DNA from: the human T2T-CHM13v2.0 reference genome, Homo sapiens
Assembly (NCBI RefSeq): GCF_009914755.1
Contig: NC_060928.1
Length of the DNA stretch: 64,000 bases
Strand: one strand, 5' to 3'
Shown here: piece by piece, positions 14,211-28,000 of the stretch
Position numbering within the stretch: the stretch's first letter is position 1
Layout: each line of letters opens with the position of its first letter
Translations under genes and position numbers: made by a program
The notes under the pieces: generated by a model
What the model saw: only the letters and a program-made list of their open reading frames with translations
Databases searched by the model: none
What the model was told of the DNA's origin: nothing

Positions 14211-15619
14211 CGTTATATTTACATAAAAATTAAGAGAATTGTATACCATTTTAAAGGCATCTTAAAAATTTCCTCATGATCCGAATGAAAAGCGGAGTTA
14301 GATAGCCCCCCAAAAGCTTGCGATTTACATATTTTCATGGGGAACTCTTTTTTCATTTAATATAAATGCTCAGAAATGAGAGAAGAGTCAAAGAATAGAG
14401 GGTAATTCTCTAGAATTAAAGAATAGGATTAGACTGATTTCTTTTTAGCCCACCAAAATATATCTTATGAACAAAGTGGCTGCTGACTTGATGATGAATT
14501 TATAGTGGTGACACACGCAAAGGCACACACATGTTTTGTCAAGCAAAACTAAATTAATATGGTCATCACAGTATACAGGGCAGTATAAATGAAGCTCACA
14601 GAGAATGTGCTTTGATTACTTCCAATATTTCTCTTTTCTAATTTCCTTATATTTTTGACTATGTCACTAATTTTTAAATTATCTTACTGCAGTTTTGAAA
14701 TGACGATAAATATATCATTTTGCTTTAAAATTGTGTTAAAAAGATGTTATTGGATACCATGAATTCTTAAATGATCATTGTACACAAGGTTCTTCTTGTT
14801 TGTAAAATGTTTCTTCTTTAAAGGAAAAAGCTATCTGTTTTAAATAATCAATTTTACTGTATTCATATTTTAAACTCCAATGCTTTAGAAGTGGGTTTTA
14901 ATAAATATAAGTTGACATTCACTGTGTTGTCTCTCATGGCTTTTAAATTTTATCTCCTCTGATTTCTTTTTGAGTGTTTTATAAAATTCTTCTTTTTACT
15001 CTAAAAATTCCCTTACATTTGCAAATATGTACAATCTTAAAAATACGTAGAACTAATAAAGAAATTTAAATCAAATCTCCTTTTCTTCACTGCTTTATCT
15101 CTCAAATTATCACTCTTTTTCCATCTGTTTATCAGCTAACATTGGAAATAGTTTCCATTTTTCCTTGCCTTTTCATCTTCCGTTTCACCAAGAGTACCAC
15201 TGATACCTGTGGAATCAGGTGTTATGGCTGACTGCTTAACTAGCCCATGAGTTTTCTTCTTTCTTTGAGCTCTTCTTCTGTGATATCATCAACAGTCAAC
15301 ACATGGGACAAAGACTTCTAGATCTGAATCTTCAGTGCTCAACCCCTTCCTGCCATTTCTCTCTCTTTCTTACCGGCGATTGATTTACCACTAATAAATC
15401 TCACAAGACCACCCATATTGGCCTGCTTTTCTGAAACCGTTCAACATTTTTAAACTGAATGGCAGCAAACACTTACTGTGGGTCTCTATTTTCATTTCTC
15501 TCCCTTCTATTAGAAAGATAGGATTTCTCTTTCTAAAATGTAAATGTAAACATATATTCTTAAATTAAAATTCTCAATAATATTTCAAAAAGGAAGAAAT
15601 TTAAAATATAAAAATGTCT

Positions 15620-15932
<313 letters not shown>

Positions 15933-17912
15933 CTATAGGATAACGTTAAGTAAAAACATAGAGTAAAAATTCTGCATGCAGTATTAGAAAAACTAGGTAT
16001 ATATACATGCATGTTGATGACAACAAACTTCTAAACAGCCGTGCATTGTTGTGGAGAATGTCAAAATATTTTTAATGTTATTTTTTCATTAACTTTTAAG
16101 TTTATTTTAAAATTAAATTATACAAATTTGAGTTTAAGAATGGTTTTGCCCAGCCTACTTAGTCTAACTGCATCAACACAAAATAGAAAATTTTAAAGGC
16201 AAACCCAATTTAATTTTTCTGAGAAAAAATATCAAAAAACAAAAGAATGAATTATATCCAGGTATATACAATGCTATCCCAACTTTAAAAAATATACCTT
16301 GTTAATTTGCATCCTGTTTTGGGCACGATACCCATGTTTCAATGCTTGTCTTTTATTTCTGCCCTGAAATCTACCCAACACTCCTAGGCAGTGAGGCTCT
16401 TTACTGTCTATATTTCTAAAAATCTCTTAAAATTCTTTGGCAAATTGGGTCCATCACTGGACCATGATCTTCTTGAAGTGATGGATGTTAACATGTCATT
16501 TCTGAGTCCTTCTCGTATCTTAAAACTACCCCAGAACACACCCTTTCCCTTCAAAATTCCTCTTGTTCCTCCTACTCCAACTTCAGTTTGTAGAACAGTG
16601 CCTGGATTGGACTTGAAGCTGGGCCTTTTTGCTGAAATGCTAAATCCCTTGAGACTTATAGTGGTTGCCAGTTGAAATCAAAGCAATATTATTAAAAACA
16701 CAAAGAGAACCCAAACAGTTGTGACTTAGTCCAATCTAATGTGTTGAAGTGCTAAACTTGGAGAATGTTTTCAACTTCTATCATGTGAAATAGTTACTAG
16801 ATCTCAGAAAGGTATCAGAGAGCTGCAACGAAGGCATATGAAAGTCAACAATCTAATGAATGAACCCTAGTCATGTCAAGCTATAATGAAGACTATGAGT
16901 TTTCGTGGTAAAGGAATGGCTTGGCTCTGCTATAGATTTCTAAAGTGCTTAGTATAGCGTCTGCCTCTTAATATGTGCTCAATGAATATTATACATTATT
17001 AGATTAGTATTGGGCCCCTGTGATATGTCATCAACTTCTGTGCACTGGACATATGATACTAATTCCTCAATCACTGCTCTGAATTGCTCAATTTCAAACC
17101 AGTCTCAGCTCAAATTTTGTTAATAGTAGCCGGTAACAGAAGCTCAATCTGCCTATTTTGCAGTATTCTAAAGTTAATAGAAAATGTCACATTTTCAAAG
17201 ATAATTCTTGAACTCATATCCAATTGTATTCAATATTTTTTCTGGATCTTTAATATTATTCATCTCCTTAAAAGCTTACATATCATGGCAACCAAGCTGA
17301 AAGGTAAAGTAACAATATTTGATAATTGCACTGTTTGTTTATTGTGATATCTTTTCTGTAAAAAGCAAAAACACAAGTTGTTGGTTGTTTGATTCAGTAA
17401 AAGATAAAAACAGAAAACCCATAACACATTGAACATTAATGAAGCATATTTTCAAAATATGAGAGAACTAGGTCTGGTTTAGATATCAGTTATAAATGCA
17501 TCATTCCTAAAAAATTTACTTGATAATCAAATTAGACTTCTAATTATGGGTCCCTAAATGGGATTTTTCTTTTTATGAAAAATTAATGAAATAAGGAATG
17601 ATGGAATGTGGCTAAATTTTAGTCTACCTAGTTTTCCAAACAATGTGCACTTGATTTTACAGGTTCGAATTTTTTTCTAAGAAAGAAAAGTATGTTTCAA
17701 ACTCTGGACTGAGAGTATGGAGAGAGTTTTAAACAGTATTTTTGGGAACTTCTTGAAGAAAGCATTTAAATGACAATAAATTAACTATGCTAATACATAT
17801 AAAATTGGACTTACAGTTTATGTTAATTGAAAGGGACAGGAAGCACTTACTGAAAACTTTGCTTTGCGCTTGGCCACAACTATAGTAGTTTTAATTCTCT
17901 TTTTATTGTTAG

Positions 17913-18109
17913 GTTATTAACTCAAGGTACATTTGAAATGTTAGTTAATTTTCCTCAACACTAAATCATAAATGGTGTTTTGCCTCTCATTAAAGATTAA
18001 AAAAAGAAAATGTGAATATGAAAGCAGAGAGTGAGAGTGAAGAAGGCACAAACAGAAGGACATTGGGAACAAGCAGCCGCTAATCATCATCATAACAGAC
18101 TCAGGCTGG
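17913..18109 (+). ncRNA. Candidate internal (cassette) exon of the lncRNA
   Basis: Acceptor 'ttttaattctctttttattgttAG', purine-rich body, donor TGG|GTATGT. Confidence 0.4.
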
Positions 18110-18898
18110 GTATGTTGAAGGTTTATTTTTAAATCATTTTTCATATATTTGACAGTAAGACAAATACTAAGAAAGGACTTGACTTAGCTAACAAGAAAAA
18201 CATTTATATCATCTTAGGCTTTGAGTTCTCTCAGACTTAAAAACACTGCAAATATATTCCACATTCTTCAGGGAATCTAAGACCAAATCAAGAGAACTTA
18301 AGTTTTAATGACAGCCTTTGCTTTTGTGTGCTATGTCATTTTGTCTTAAGTGGAGCTCTACTGCTACATCTTAGTGACTCCATCTACAAGTGAAGGCATA
18401 TGTACTCTGTCATCTACTTGCAAGCACACAGAATCAATAAAAAATGTTTAAGTCTCTATAAACTTGGGAAGTATTATGACTTTAGAACACTTTCTTTCAT
18501 GCAGAATCTCTCAATAAGTGTAAGTTATTGCTTTTCCAATACACTCATTTATATAGCACATTCCTTTCATTTCTCCAATCTCTCCTTGTTTCTCCTTTTC
18601 AAATGCTGTGTTAACATCACCACTATCTTCACATAGTTCAAACCATCACTATACTGATTCTCTTCATTCCTGTGTGTTTTGTTATTTGAATATCATCATC
18701 ACCATTACATTTTGAGTACCTACTATGTAAAGGATATTTTCAAATGACAAAATAAAGTGAACTTGAGAAGGGCTGCACTCTTCTCCAACAAGTGGAGAAA
18801 CGTCATGAACAGCTCCTCATAGAACAGAGTTTAATCATCATCATAACATGGTGATTCACAGAACAAACCTTTAAAAGTGAGCATAGTGTTCAAAAAAG

Positions 18899-18943
18899 CT
18901 CTCAAAGCACTGGGATTACAGGCATGAGCCACCACGTCTGGCC
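18899..18943 (-). mobile_element. Isolated 45-bp Alu 5'-end fragment
   Basis: 'ctctcaaagcactgggattacaggcatgagccaccacgtctggcc' is the reverse complement of roughly Alu nt 1-45; the rest is absent. Confidence 0.85.
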
Positions 18944-20009
18944 AACATTCAATAGTCTTAATTCTATTGTTTTCTTGTAAAATTATGGCCAATTAAGTTA
19001 TATTTACATTAGTAATTATTACAGTCATATAAGATAATAATGAAGATGATTTTAAAATTCTGTTATAGTTTCCAATATGACACTAAGGTGAAATAGTTGG
19101 AGTAAAAAAACAGGTTCGCATTCTAACCTGGTTACAATTGGTAGAGGTTCAAATGGTAGATCTGTCTTTTCTAGGACAAGTATTAATAGTATCACATTTC
19201 TTTACCCTCACTGCAACTAGCTAGATAGGCCTATTCCTACCTGAGAGGGACAAGCAATGCACCTCTCAATTATTGGGAGTTGTATGCACCCATATATTTC
19301 AATGCACTTTTTCTCCTTCCCACTTTTTCCTGTAAGGTAGAGGAACATTTCTCATTTTCAGCACGTTGCTTTCTACAGTTCACAAGAGCTATTTGACACA
19401 GTCTGTAAAGCTGAAAATAAAATGCACACTATGTTATTTTAACAAAGTTCATTACTTTAAAGAGAGCAGCAAAAAGACTGCAGGGCAATTTCTACCTCTC
19501 TCTTTACCAGATGCCTCCCACACTTTAATAGATAGCCTGCTTTTCATGAGCAATTGCTCTACTTTATACATACACGTTTTGTACTCTTAAGACATTTCTT
19601 CACCAGCCATGTAAATATCACATTGTGGGATATCAGGATATTTTAATTTGATGTTTGATTTTTTTTAATTTCTTGCCTTTTTACCTAATTATTATAGTCA
19701 TCATAATATAAATAACAATCTTATATTACACAGTTACCAAACTAAAGAACCACTCTGGTTTGGTCCTTTCTTTTCCTTTTAAATCATTGTTCTATTCTGC
19801 TTTGCGTTCTCTTTGTGGAGCTTAAGACTGTTGAGATTTATGAACTCACCAAATAAAATCTGCTTTTTATCTTTGAAGTTATGGTTCACATCCACCTAGA
19901 TCCTCCTAAGTGCAGTTATTCCAACAAACTGAAAGGGACAGAACCTAATGTAAATCTGCACAAGGACAGAGGGTGTGCTGGGGAAGGTGATAAAAAAACC
20001 ATGTAAAAG

Positions 20010-20375
20010 AAAACCAAATACTTGATCAATATGTTTCAAAAGTTTCAAGATCATTAAAGACAAGAAAAGACTGGGGAACTGTTACATATCAGGATAGACT
20101 AAGAAGAAATCACAACTAAATGATTTTGATACGAATCTGGAACAAAAAAAGAACATCAGTGGAAAAAGTGATATAAATTGAATAAGCGCTATACATTTGT
20201 TCATGTTATTGTACCACTTTTTATTTTCTGTTCTTGACACTACACTGTGGCTACATTAAATGTTAACATGAGGGAAAGTAAGTGAAGATGAGGAATATAA
20301 AAGAATGGTGGAGACCTTATTATTTCTCCAACTTTTGTGTATGTCAGTTCAAAAATCTTTAAAAAGTTAAAAAAC
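20010..20375 (+). mobile_element. Old L1MC/L1ME 3' UTR fragment
   Basis: 'aaagacaagaaaagactggggaactgtt...agactaagaagaaatcacaactaaatg...gaacatcagtggaaaa'. Confidence 0.7.
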
Positions 20376-22239
20376 TATACATGGAAACCTACACACAAAC
20401 CAAGGTCATGATCCAAAAGGTGTCTGAAGTCTCATTTTCAGGAATACAGAAAATCTAGGGAGTGACATATTTGGTTAGCAGATGGAAAATTTGTTTCCAA
20501 TGATAAGCAAGTTTCACATTTTCTCAGAACCACCTAAATAAATCATCTAACAAATTCTGGGAAAAAAAACAGCAGAATAAAGTGCTCGGTTTGGAAAGCA
20601 AAGGGTAGGGTACTATGGTTCCCACTACCTTCTTCGACATTTCCAGTAGCAGAGCAAAGAAAGAAAGCTTGAGTAAGCAACAAGCCATCTGTATTCATTC
20701 TGTGAGTGCTCCTCCTCCCCTGCATTACAATTTGTCCTTCTTAAAAGCAAAAATGTACACTTAGTTACTGCGACCCAGTATCCTTCATTTGGAGGATTTA
20801 AAACACATGCCAACACTCACATTTATAGAAATAAAAAGTACCCTACTTTTGGAATCCTAGATGTGATACCATGGTAAGAAATCTTCTAATAATTCACACA
20901 GATTCTTTCATAGAGTTTATTCATTGCATAATATTGCATGTAGCAGCAACGAATATTTGGCTTAAGCAGAGAGGAACTACAGATGTGGCCAACTGAATAC
21001 CTACTCGCTGTAAGGAAGGAAACTGGTTCTTATGGTTTGCTGGTCAGTAGTCCTAATGAGATCATATCTTACAAGTTGTCAAGTAGGAACAAAGTTTTAT
21101 CAAGTAAAACGTTATCAACCAAAATGTTAGTCTTTTGTTACTACTATGATTCAGATGGTTATGGTATTTTTGAAATATGTATCTCTAAATATAATACTGA
21201 ATTAATTTTATCAGCTCCCAATTTGAAGGCTAAAATGAAGCATGAAATATTGGCTGTTATATATAGAAGACCATTTTAAAATTACATTAAAATTATGTAA
21301 TATTTCTAAATATTACAAAAACTTCATTTTTTAAAGGAAACGTGAAAGACAAGCTTTATATGTCAAACAAAATATATCTGTGGGATACCAGTTTGACATC
21401 TGAGTTATGCTCTGTGTAAATATTTTTGAGAACTTTAGAACAAAACAAAACAATACTTCAACTATGTCATTTGTTTTTTCAAATCAGGAACAAGTGAGAA
21501 AATGCATGTGGAAGGAGTGATATTTTATAAAACGCTGTACAAAAAGTAAAGAATTATTATTACTTTTGTATTTTATTTTACTTTGTGAAAAAAAAAAAAA
21601 CATGATGCTTATGTTGGAAGTTTTGTCCTGGCCAGTTCATAAAATATCTCAGTACATTGTCCCAGGTGAGAGTAAAAGAGTTTACGCAAGTTTTAAACAC
21701 AGAGCAGAGGTAGATGTTCAAAATATTGCTGATAAAAACAAATATAAAATTTTTAGTACTACTAATATTAAAAAATATTGTTCTGTATTGGTAAACAAGT
21801 ATAATAAAGTAGATAAAACTGTATATCTTTAATTTAGCCTTCAAACAAGAGCTGTTAAAGAAATTAATAAGTATTATTTTGTTGGAACACATATTCCAAA
21901 GATAAGTAGTATCAAATAGGTGAGAATAAGAATAATAAAAGAATAATGTTTTGCTCAACAAATGAGACAATTGTCTGAAATAAAATTTAAATATGTCTAC
22001 AGTCACTTTCACACATTACTTTCCAAATACATAGATATAACAGAAAACTAATGGAGAAAATTAAGCAATGTGCAGGTGCCATTGCATTTTCTTACACAGT
22101 AAGGGTGAGAAATAGAGGGTATTTTGTAGAGATATATTTGGCTCTGGAACTAAATCACAGTCCCTCACAGCCGCCTAGGTCTCTCGTGTTAAACTTCTTC
22201 CTCCTTCAGTCCTTCCAAAAAGAAGAATCTGAAATAGGG

Positions 22240-22886
22240 TTCTATGGTTTGAATGTATATTCAAACCATATTCATATGTTGAATGTATGTATTCCACAAA
22301 AATGCATATGTTTTATAGTATTAAGAGGTGGTGCTTAGGCTGGGCATGGTGGCTCATGCCTGTAACCCCAGCACATTGGGAGGCTGAGGAAGACAGATCA
22401 CCTGAGGCCAGGAGTTCAAGACCAGCCTGGCCAATATAGTGAAGCCCCACCTCTACTAAAAATACAAAAATTAGCCAGGCATGGTGGCACATGCCTGTAG
22501 TCTCAGCTACATGGGAGACTGAATCAGGAGATTCACTTGAAGCTAGGAGGTGGAGGTTGCAGTAAGCAGAGACTATCCCACTGCATTCCAGACTGTCTCA
22601 AAAAAAAAAAAAAGAGGTGGTGCCTTTAGGAGATGATTCAGTCATGAAGGCAGAGCATGCATGGATGGGATTAGTGACTCTATAATGGGTCCAGAGAGAG
22701 CTAGCTAGGTCTTCTTGCCCTTTTGCCTTCTTCCATGTTAAGATACAGCAAGAAGGCCCTCACCAGACACTGAATGGTCTTGATTTTGGACTTCCCAGAC
22801 TCCAGAACCATAAGAAATAAATTTATATTGTTTATAAATTCCCAGTCTGTTGTGTGTTTTTACAACATTGCAAACAAACTGAGATA
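22240..22886 (+). mobile_element. MaLR solo LTR (MSTD/MLT1A-like) interrupted by an Alu
   Basis: 'ctatggtttgaatg...gcaagaaggccctcaccagacac...ttggacttcccagactccagaacc...aaataaattt'. Confidence 0.82.
22338..22611 (+). mobile_element. AluS with a short 3' internal deletion, inserted in the LTR
   Basis: TSD AAGAGGTGGTGC on both sides; 'ctgcattccagactgtctc' lacks the usual 'cctgggcgacagagcga' segment. Confidence 0.93.
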
Positions 22887-22924
22887 GGGGTACTAAGCCT
22901 CATTTGTTATGGAATTTTCCACAT

Positions 22925-23070
22925 GGGCTTTAGAGCCACACTGACTAGGTTCTGAGCCTTATAATTTACTGTGAGTGTGTGCAACTTATTTAACTTTCTG
23001 CATCTCTGTTTATTGATAAGTAAACATTGGATATTGAATTTACCTCTTAGGCAATGAGTATCTAAAATTG
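22925..23070 (+). mobile_element. MIR SINE
   Basis: 'gggctttagagccacactgactaggttc...gcaacttatttaactttctg'. Confidence 0.65.
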
Positions 23071-23283
23071 ACTCCAATTTATTAAGAAGAAATATTTTTA
23101 GATTTTGTTTTATAGGAACATAATAATTATTTTTTAAAGAGAAAAGGAAAATCGACTCTGCATTGCCTGCTGCTGTGTGTTATCTTGACATATAAGGAAT
23201 ATTGTCTGTGTGGGTTTTTATAGTATTCAAAAGGGCTTTATTATTCTCTTGATTTTGTTCTGTTCTGGTATAATCCTATTTTT

Positions 23284-23336
23284 ACACATATATACATATA
23301 TATACACACACACATATGTGTGTGTATATATATATA
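23284..23336. repeat. (TA)n(CA)n/(TG)n(TA)n quasi-palindromic microsatellite
   Basis: tatatatacacacacacatatgtgtgtgtatatata. Confidence 0.85.
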
Positions 23337-23544
23337 AAAGTTATATACACAAATTAAATAGTGATTAATTATATTTAACTCTCAATCTGCCAATGTGTTT
23401 TTTCAACAATGCAATTGCTGTCATCCAAAAATATTTTCTGTTAGCTAATTGGAGTCAATTTTAGATATTGAAAGTTATGATTGTTAGCAGTTATTTGGAA
23501 ATCTGGCTCTGTGTCAGACACTAGGCTAAGCATATTCACAGCAG

Positions 23545-24010
23545 CATTACATTAGTAAAAGATTAAGAATAGAGTGTCTGGACCCAGTGATCTGAGATGA
23601 AATCTTGACTCTACCACTTCCCACCTGAGTGGCTAAGGGGAAATTATGTCACTATTATGTAACATCTCTGTGTCTTACTGTGCACATCCCTGATGTGAAT
23701 TCCCTGTAGAGGATTAACTCAATTGGAGCATTCAGATCAGAGTCTGGCATATAGGAAGCACAGAAGTAGTGATGACTATTATTGTTACATGTTTTAATTG
23801 GGGATATTTTGTTTTGTTTTTTTCTCAAAATTACTGTAGTAGGCCTAGTAGCAAAACTTCCCATGAGAAGACCTGAGTTTCAGTCTTGGATCTCTGTTGT
23901 GACCTTGGTAAAGTCATATGACTTCACTGAGCCTTAATTTATTCATCTCTAAAATATGAATAACATCTGACAAATGAGCCTACTATTATTATTAAATGGA
24001 AGAATACAGG
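23545..24010 (+). mobile_element. Two adjacent MIR SINEs
   Basis: 'gaaatcttgactctaccacttccc...tggcatataggaagcac' and 'tgtgaccttggtaaagtcatatgacttcactgagccttaatttattcatctctaaaat'. Confidence 0.7.
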
Positions 24011-25264
24011 AAACAATTCCTCCTTTTTATAAAGATACAGAACCTTTATAAACATTTAAATATCTTCCTACCTAAACATAGAAAAATAAGTATTGCTGTG
24101 TCTTGCTTTCCTTCCTAATGTCTCCCCAGTTTCCACCCCCTACTGCACCCAATGGAAGGTTTCAAGCCTACAAACCCCAAATCAGAATAGTTCTTGTATA
24201 TGTTCAATGGTACGATGAATGCTCCTAACAAGAAATATTTAAAGCAGTATCCCTCTTGAGGAACAATCTGCAGTTTGGAACAAGTTCTTCCATGTGCAAA
24301 AATCAAATAATGATGTACATTTTCCAGTTCACTTTCTCAAGCTTGAAATTTTCTCTTGTATATATTTTTCTTAATTCTTTTCTGCCTGTTACTTTTTGGC
24401 TGTTAGGGGAACCGAAAGTGACAAAATGAATTGCTGAGCCTCAAGTGTACATTAATTAAAAGTCTCAGACTCAGCTACGCTTTTTATTTGGCAGCCTGTT
24501 TTCTGATTGATATATGTACTTCTGGTTTCACTCCTACATTGTGTTGATAAAATGTTCTTTTTCTATTATTTAATGTTTATGGCACAGGGTAGAAATGCTT
24601 CAGGTTAAGGCATCATTCTCTAAGGAAAACCACTTATGTGGTGTTTCCCACACTGGGGATAAGGATTTTTAAGTAATTGGGTAGGACTTTATTAATCAAG
24701 TAGATACTTTGGAAAACAACTAGGAGATATTATTTTCTTGAGATGGAAAACTTCTAAAGACTATGTAAAGTGAATTATATAGTTAACTAAACCTTGTTTT
24801 TTCCAGCCACTCTGGAAATTGTATAGTGGTGTTCTGATTTTTTAAATCTTAGTCACTAAATAACTAGTAAAAATTCTTTATCAGATATGGCTAATAAAAT
24901 GTTCTCTGATTCTTCCAGTAGAGAAAAGAACATTCTAACAATAAGTCAGAATTTATCTGAAACTATCTTCAATGGGACCTGTGATTGGATAGTGTTCTAG
25001 AACTGCATTTGGTTAGGCAATTCTTTAAAACTTCTCTCTCCTCATACTACTGAAAGTAGAAAAGTGTCTCCTTTGGCCACTTCACTCTGGCCTAATGCAA
25101 TCGTTACATTTCTTTTAAGATTTCTGCTTCTTTTTTTTTAAGTTCACAAGAACTTTGCATTATGTGTTTTAATATAAGCAGATCTCTTTTAAAAGAAAAC
25201 AACTAAATTAAAAAAATTAAACATAATGTACTCCAGAAAGATGTCATATTTATCACTCTTCAGG

Positions 25265-25432
25265 ACAGTGTTCTCCCATTTCAATGTCCATACAGATTTT
25301 TAATAACTTTGTTAAGACATAGATTCAGAGTCAGTGTCTTGAGGGAGGCCTAAGATTCTGCATTTCTGAAGCTGACAAATCCCACTTGAGGCTGATGCTG
25401 CTGGTCCCCAGATCATATTCTGAGTAGCAAAG
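25265..25432. mobile_element. MER5A-like hAT-Charlie DNA transposon
   Basis: 'ggcctaagattctgcatttct...gctgatgctgctggtcccca...ctgagtagca'. Confidence 0.75.
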
Positions 25433-25994
25433 TTTTAAGGGAGAATTCTTTAAAAATCTACATTCATCTCATGTAAACAGATTGCAGAAGTGTCAAATTC
25501 CGAAGATATATAGATATATACAATTAATACACAGGAGTAGTGATTTCTGAATTGTAAATAAAACATAAAAATTTCTCACAAATTAGAATCTAGTTACTTA
25601 TGACAATAATTTTGGTTACTCAAACTAATTGGTAGCACTCAGTTTGCATACATTCTTTAAATTTTCATTTAGTGTTAAATTGAATTGACTAGACTCCTTT
25701 ATGTGCTTTTCCGAGTAATTCACCTTGTTCTAACCGTGGGGCTAAAGACCAAAGTCAGAACCACAAGTTTGTAAGGTCACAGAAATAGTAAATGATGGGG
25801 CCAGAATTTGAATTTACTTTGACTCTAGAAGCTGGCCATAAACTCTTACAAAATAATGTTGATTTCCTTTCTGATAAACTCTAAGCCCCTAAATTCCAAA
25901 AACATTTAAAATGAAAAAGTTAATAAAGTTTAGTAAATGTAATTATTTCCTTGAAGATATGTTAGAAGCAGTTGATAGCATACTTCTTTATTTT

Positions 25995-26265
25995 TTACTT
26001 GTTTTATTTGTTTGTTTGTTTGTTTTAGAGACAGAGTCACTGTAACTCTAACTCTCAGGCCCAAGTGATCCTCTTGACAAAACCTCCTGAATAGCTAGGA
26101 CTACAGGCATGTGCCACCACACCTAGCTAGTTATTATTATTATTATTTTGTAGAGACAGTGTCTCCTTGTTGGCCGGGCTGATTTTGAACTCCTGCCCTC
26201 AGGCAATCCTCCCATCTCAGCCTCCCAAAGCATTGGGATACAAGCTTGAGACACAGTACCCCACC
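25995..26265 (-). mobile_element. AluJ with an internal deletion in the right arm
   Basis: (TTTG)n tail; 'gagacagagtcactgtaactc' skips part of the arm; the linker has expanded to (TTA)n. Confidence 0.85.
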
Positions 26266-26672
26266 TAGCTCTTTATAAGTACCTAAAGTACAGAAAATAT
26301 GTTGAACTGAATACATGTTTTTCAAGGTCTGTTATATATAAAAAAAGTAGAATTTCATAACATCTGACACATATAATAGTTAACATGCAGTCTCAGAAAC
26401 CATGACTTGGTGTTAACATAATACAAAATTCAGGATAATCCTATCATGAAAAAAATCCTACCGTGAGAAAAAAAGTTCACACTGAGATCTCTTGTTAACA
26501 CATTTTGGAAGAATGCTACTTACCATTTTGAACAGTTCTAAATACACTCGTTGCATTTTCCTGGTCTGGCAACAGATGTTTATCTATTACATCTATTTAT
26601 CAGAAATTATTTATCTTTTCATAGTACTTTTAAAATCAGTGATTTGGGGAGAAGGATATTGAGTGTCTAAAA

Positions 26673-26675
<3 letters not shown>

Positions 26676-26705
<30 letters not shown>
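26676..26705. repeat. Poly(T)30 homopolymer
   Basis: 30 consecutive T. Confidence 0.95.
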
Positions 26706-26707
<2 letters not shown>

Positions 26708-27307
26708 TATTGGCAAATTCTTGGGAAGTGTGAGAAATCTATTTCACAAAGCTATACTTTTCTCCAACGTTTAAACAGCTTGTGTGCTTAGCTGGTGCAA
26801 TTAGATCAGAGACAGCTACGGAAGGAAGAAGTTTAGAGTGGCTCAATCAAATCATGAAACTAGGCAAGTGGAAAATTGCATTTTGTTGCTTTGAATTAGG
26901 TAAGCTATTACCTGAATATGGATGCATATATTTACTTTCAATGTTTATTAATTTGGAGTTCTTGACTTCTCTCTTACCCTTGCTATAGCCCCTTATATAA
27001 ACAAGTTGACATTTTGGTTTCATTTTTTAAATCCTAGGTGGTATTTCTCAGACAGTGAGGTTTTCTTCATCTAGTTTTAATATCAATTAGTATTTATGAA
27101 GGCTGCCCACTTGTGAACCCTGGTGTATTAGTCATGCTCCAAAGTAAAAATTATGTGTGCGACCTCTGGAAGCATTGAAACTAAACTAGAAAGCACTAAC
27201 TCAAATGAATACAGTATTGATGTGCATACAGTCAGATAGCAAGGTGCAATGGATGATTCCATTTTGATTATTTATGTGTCTTCATGCACAACTGGGATGT
27301 GCAGTAG

Positions 27308-27491
27308 ACCAAAGTGTTTAACTTGGAGTCCACAGGACCACGAACTGATTTGAGGGATCTATAAACTAGCTGAAATCGGTTGCAAAATTTGTGGATATAT
27401 ACACATATGTGAATTTCTTGAAAGGGGAGCCGTTGCTTTTAGCAGCTTCTCAAAGAGGCTTAAAGCCCCCGGAAAACATTAAAAATCACTG
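27308..27491. mobile_element. Charlie4-like hAT DNA transposon relic
   Basis: 'gcttttagcagcttctcaaagagg...aaacattaaaaatcactg' resembles the Charlie4z terminus. Confidence 0.55.
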
Positions 27492-27649
27492 TTTCAATCC
27501 ATGAAATAGCTGGTTTGGCATTTAAACATGTGTTTCCAAAGATTAATAAGAAACACAGCTCATGCAAGCTAAGACCAAAAATGGACAAGTGTGGCAAATA
27601 TCGCCCACAGTCCTGAAGATCTTCAAGAGAGAAGAGAATACTAGCAACT

Positions 27650-28000
27650 GTTAATCTACTACTGTGAGTCAGGCTCTGTGCTGTTTGCTTTTCACATCTC
27701 ATTAAATCTTAACTATAATTCTTCGAAATGATTCTGCTTTACTCCATTTCACAGTTGAAAAACTTGAGGGTCAGAACAATTACATATTAGCAAATTAGAC
27801 TTAACATTTATTGAGGCAATTATCATGTACCATGATCTTTGCTAGCCATTATTCCATGCATTATTTTATTTAATTCTCAGAGCAGCCCTATGAGAAAAAC
27901 TGTTATTTTTATTTATAGATGAGTAAACTGAAATTTAGAAATTACATACCTTACCCAAAATGATACCATAGTAAGAGCAGAACCAAGATGAAATCAAACA
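27650..28000 (-). mobile_element. Two MIR SINE fragments
   Basis: 'ccatttcacagttgaaaaacttgagg' and 'atagatgagtaaactgaaatttaga...ttacccaaaatgatac'. Confidence 0.7.

Noticed and set aside
21578-22012. 144-aa minus-strand ORF
   Set aside because: F/I/L/Y-rich composition expected from AT-rich DNA, non-ATG start, no recognisable domain.
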